Positions 62,851 to 64,000 of a DNA stretch of 64,000 nt are shown here, in pieces. The position numbers and the translations under genes were made by a program. Under the pieces are notes generated by a model. That model ran no database searches and had not been told where the DNA came from. It saw only the letters and a list, made by a program, of their open reading frames with translations. Origin of the DNA: Vicugna vicugna (Eukaryota); the NCBI GenBank assembly GCA_013265495.1, contig MU058844.1, forward strand, positions 3,233,819 to 3,297,818, given 5' to 3'. Each line of letters begins with the position of its first letter. Within the stretch, counting starts at the first letter, position 1.

Positions 62851-63455
62851 TATATATTCTGTTTGTTTTTATTTCAGCAAAATTTTTAATAAGTGACTTT
62901 TTTCACTTGGAGAGGTTCATGTGACCTAGGTATATCATATTTACTGTATTTCTCTGTATAATTGTTTTCCAGACTTTATATTCAATAGCAAATCAATCAG
63001 AAACTCTTGTTTTAAGGCATACGCACCCACACCTGCTCCAGGCTCTTTTCTGATGTACAACTCTGAGTTTCTGGGCACATGTGGCCAGGGGATAGTGTTA
63101 AAAGATTTAATGGAAGGTTTCATTTCTTCACTGTAATACAGAATAATCTTAGAAATATCTCTGTTCATTAAACTTCTTTGACTCTTATTTGGAGTTTTGG
63201 CTTTGCCAAATGGAAGAAATTATAATCCATTTCAACTTTGTCATATACTAGGCTTGAAACCTCTCTGGAAAGGTCATTTTACCCCCTCATTTACCAGTCA
63301 GATCTTTCAAAGTTCTCAAGAAAGAAACCTGTAATTTCTCTTTATAAAGTGTATCTTTCTAATATCAGTCTTTACCTTTAGCACATTATTTTGTTGAATC
63401 AGTAGTTACACCTTCCTGGAAAGGAGAAATTGAGAGAAAATTTGATCTTCCAGAT

Positions 63456-63672
63456 GGAAGGTCAGTAAACCATAGCCTATGGACCAAATCTGGCCTGCTG
63501 CCTGTTTGAAAATAACTTTTTATTGGAACATAGCCATACTCATTAATTTAATATCTTTGGTCGTTTTGCACTACAAAGACAGGCTTGAGTAGTTGCATCA
63601 GAGATGGCATGGCTCACTAAACCTAAAATACATACTATCTGGCCCTTTTCAGAAAATGTTTGCCAACCCCTA
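63456..63672 (+). mobile_element. MER58A-like (hAT-Charlie) MITE
   Basis: ggtcagtaaaccatagcctatggaccaaatctggcctgctgcctgttt...tttattggaacatagcca...tactatctggcccttttcagaaaatgtttgccaaccc. Confidence 0.85.
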
Positions 63673-64000
63673 TTCCAGATAATTAAAACTCTACACATTA
63701 CACAGGTGGGTCTCACTTTGAGAACATTGCAAATACCCAACTTTGAAAAACAACCTAGAATTTTCTTTTCCTATTGCAAAATATCTTTTACTTTACCAGA
63801 AACTCTTTAATTTGTAGTGTACATAGTAAAAGTAATGAATACAAATTTTAGAAATGGGCACTCTGTTGTAGAAGGTAAGATATATGAGCTACTGATTAAA
63901 TAGTCTCATAGTTTAGAGCTGTTGTGTTGTGTACTGCATTTTAAGCAGTAATATCCTTTCCTGCTATCAAAAAGGATTATATATTTTTTAATGGGTGATT

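Overview
The window is the interior of a mammalian ATP2B1 (PMCA1, plasma-membrane Ca2+-transporting P-type ATPase) gene on the + strand. It begins inside intron 1 and holds 19 coding exons (conventional exons 2-20). These join through GT-AG introns into one open frame of 3351 nt (1117 codons) from ATG 9953 to 57648. They are followed by the alternatively spliced 154-nt site-C exon (58036-58189). Exon 1/promoter and the last exon lie outside the window. Introns carry ordinary eutherian repeats (MIR, L2, L1, MLT2, MER2/3/5A/20/58/102). A Vic-1-like SINE suggests a camelid genome, and a 77-N gap with duplicated flanks indicates a draft assembly. I found no convincing new biological system. The best leads are a chain of stop/start-overlapping uORFs in the 5' UTR, an in-frame upstream acceptor and RBFOX sites around the site-C exon, a few candidate cryptic exons, a (TG)71 tract and a template-switch hairpin. 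Repeat family names and human comparisons are from memory, not from searches, and repeat boundaries are approximate.
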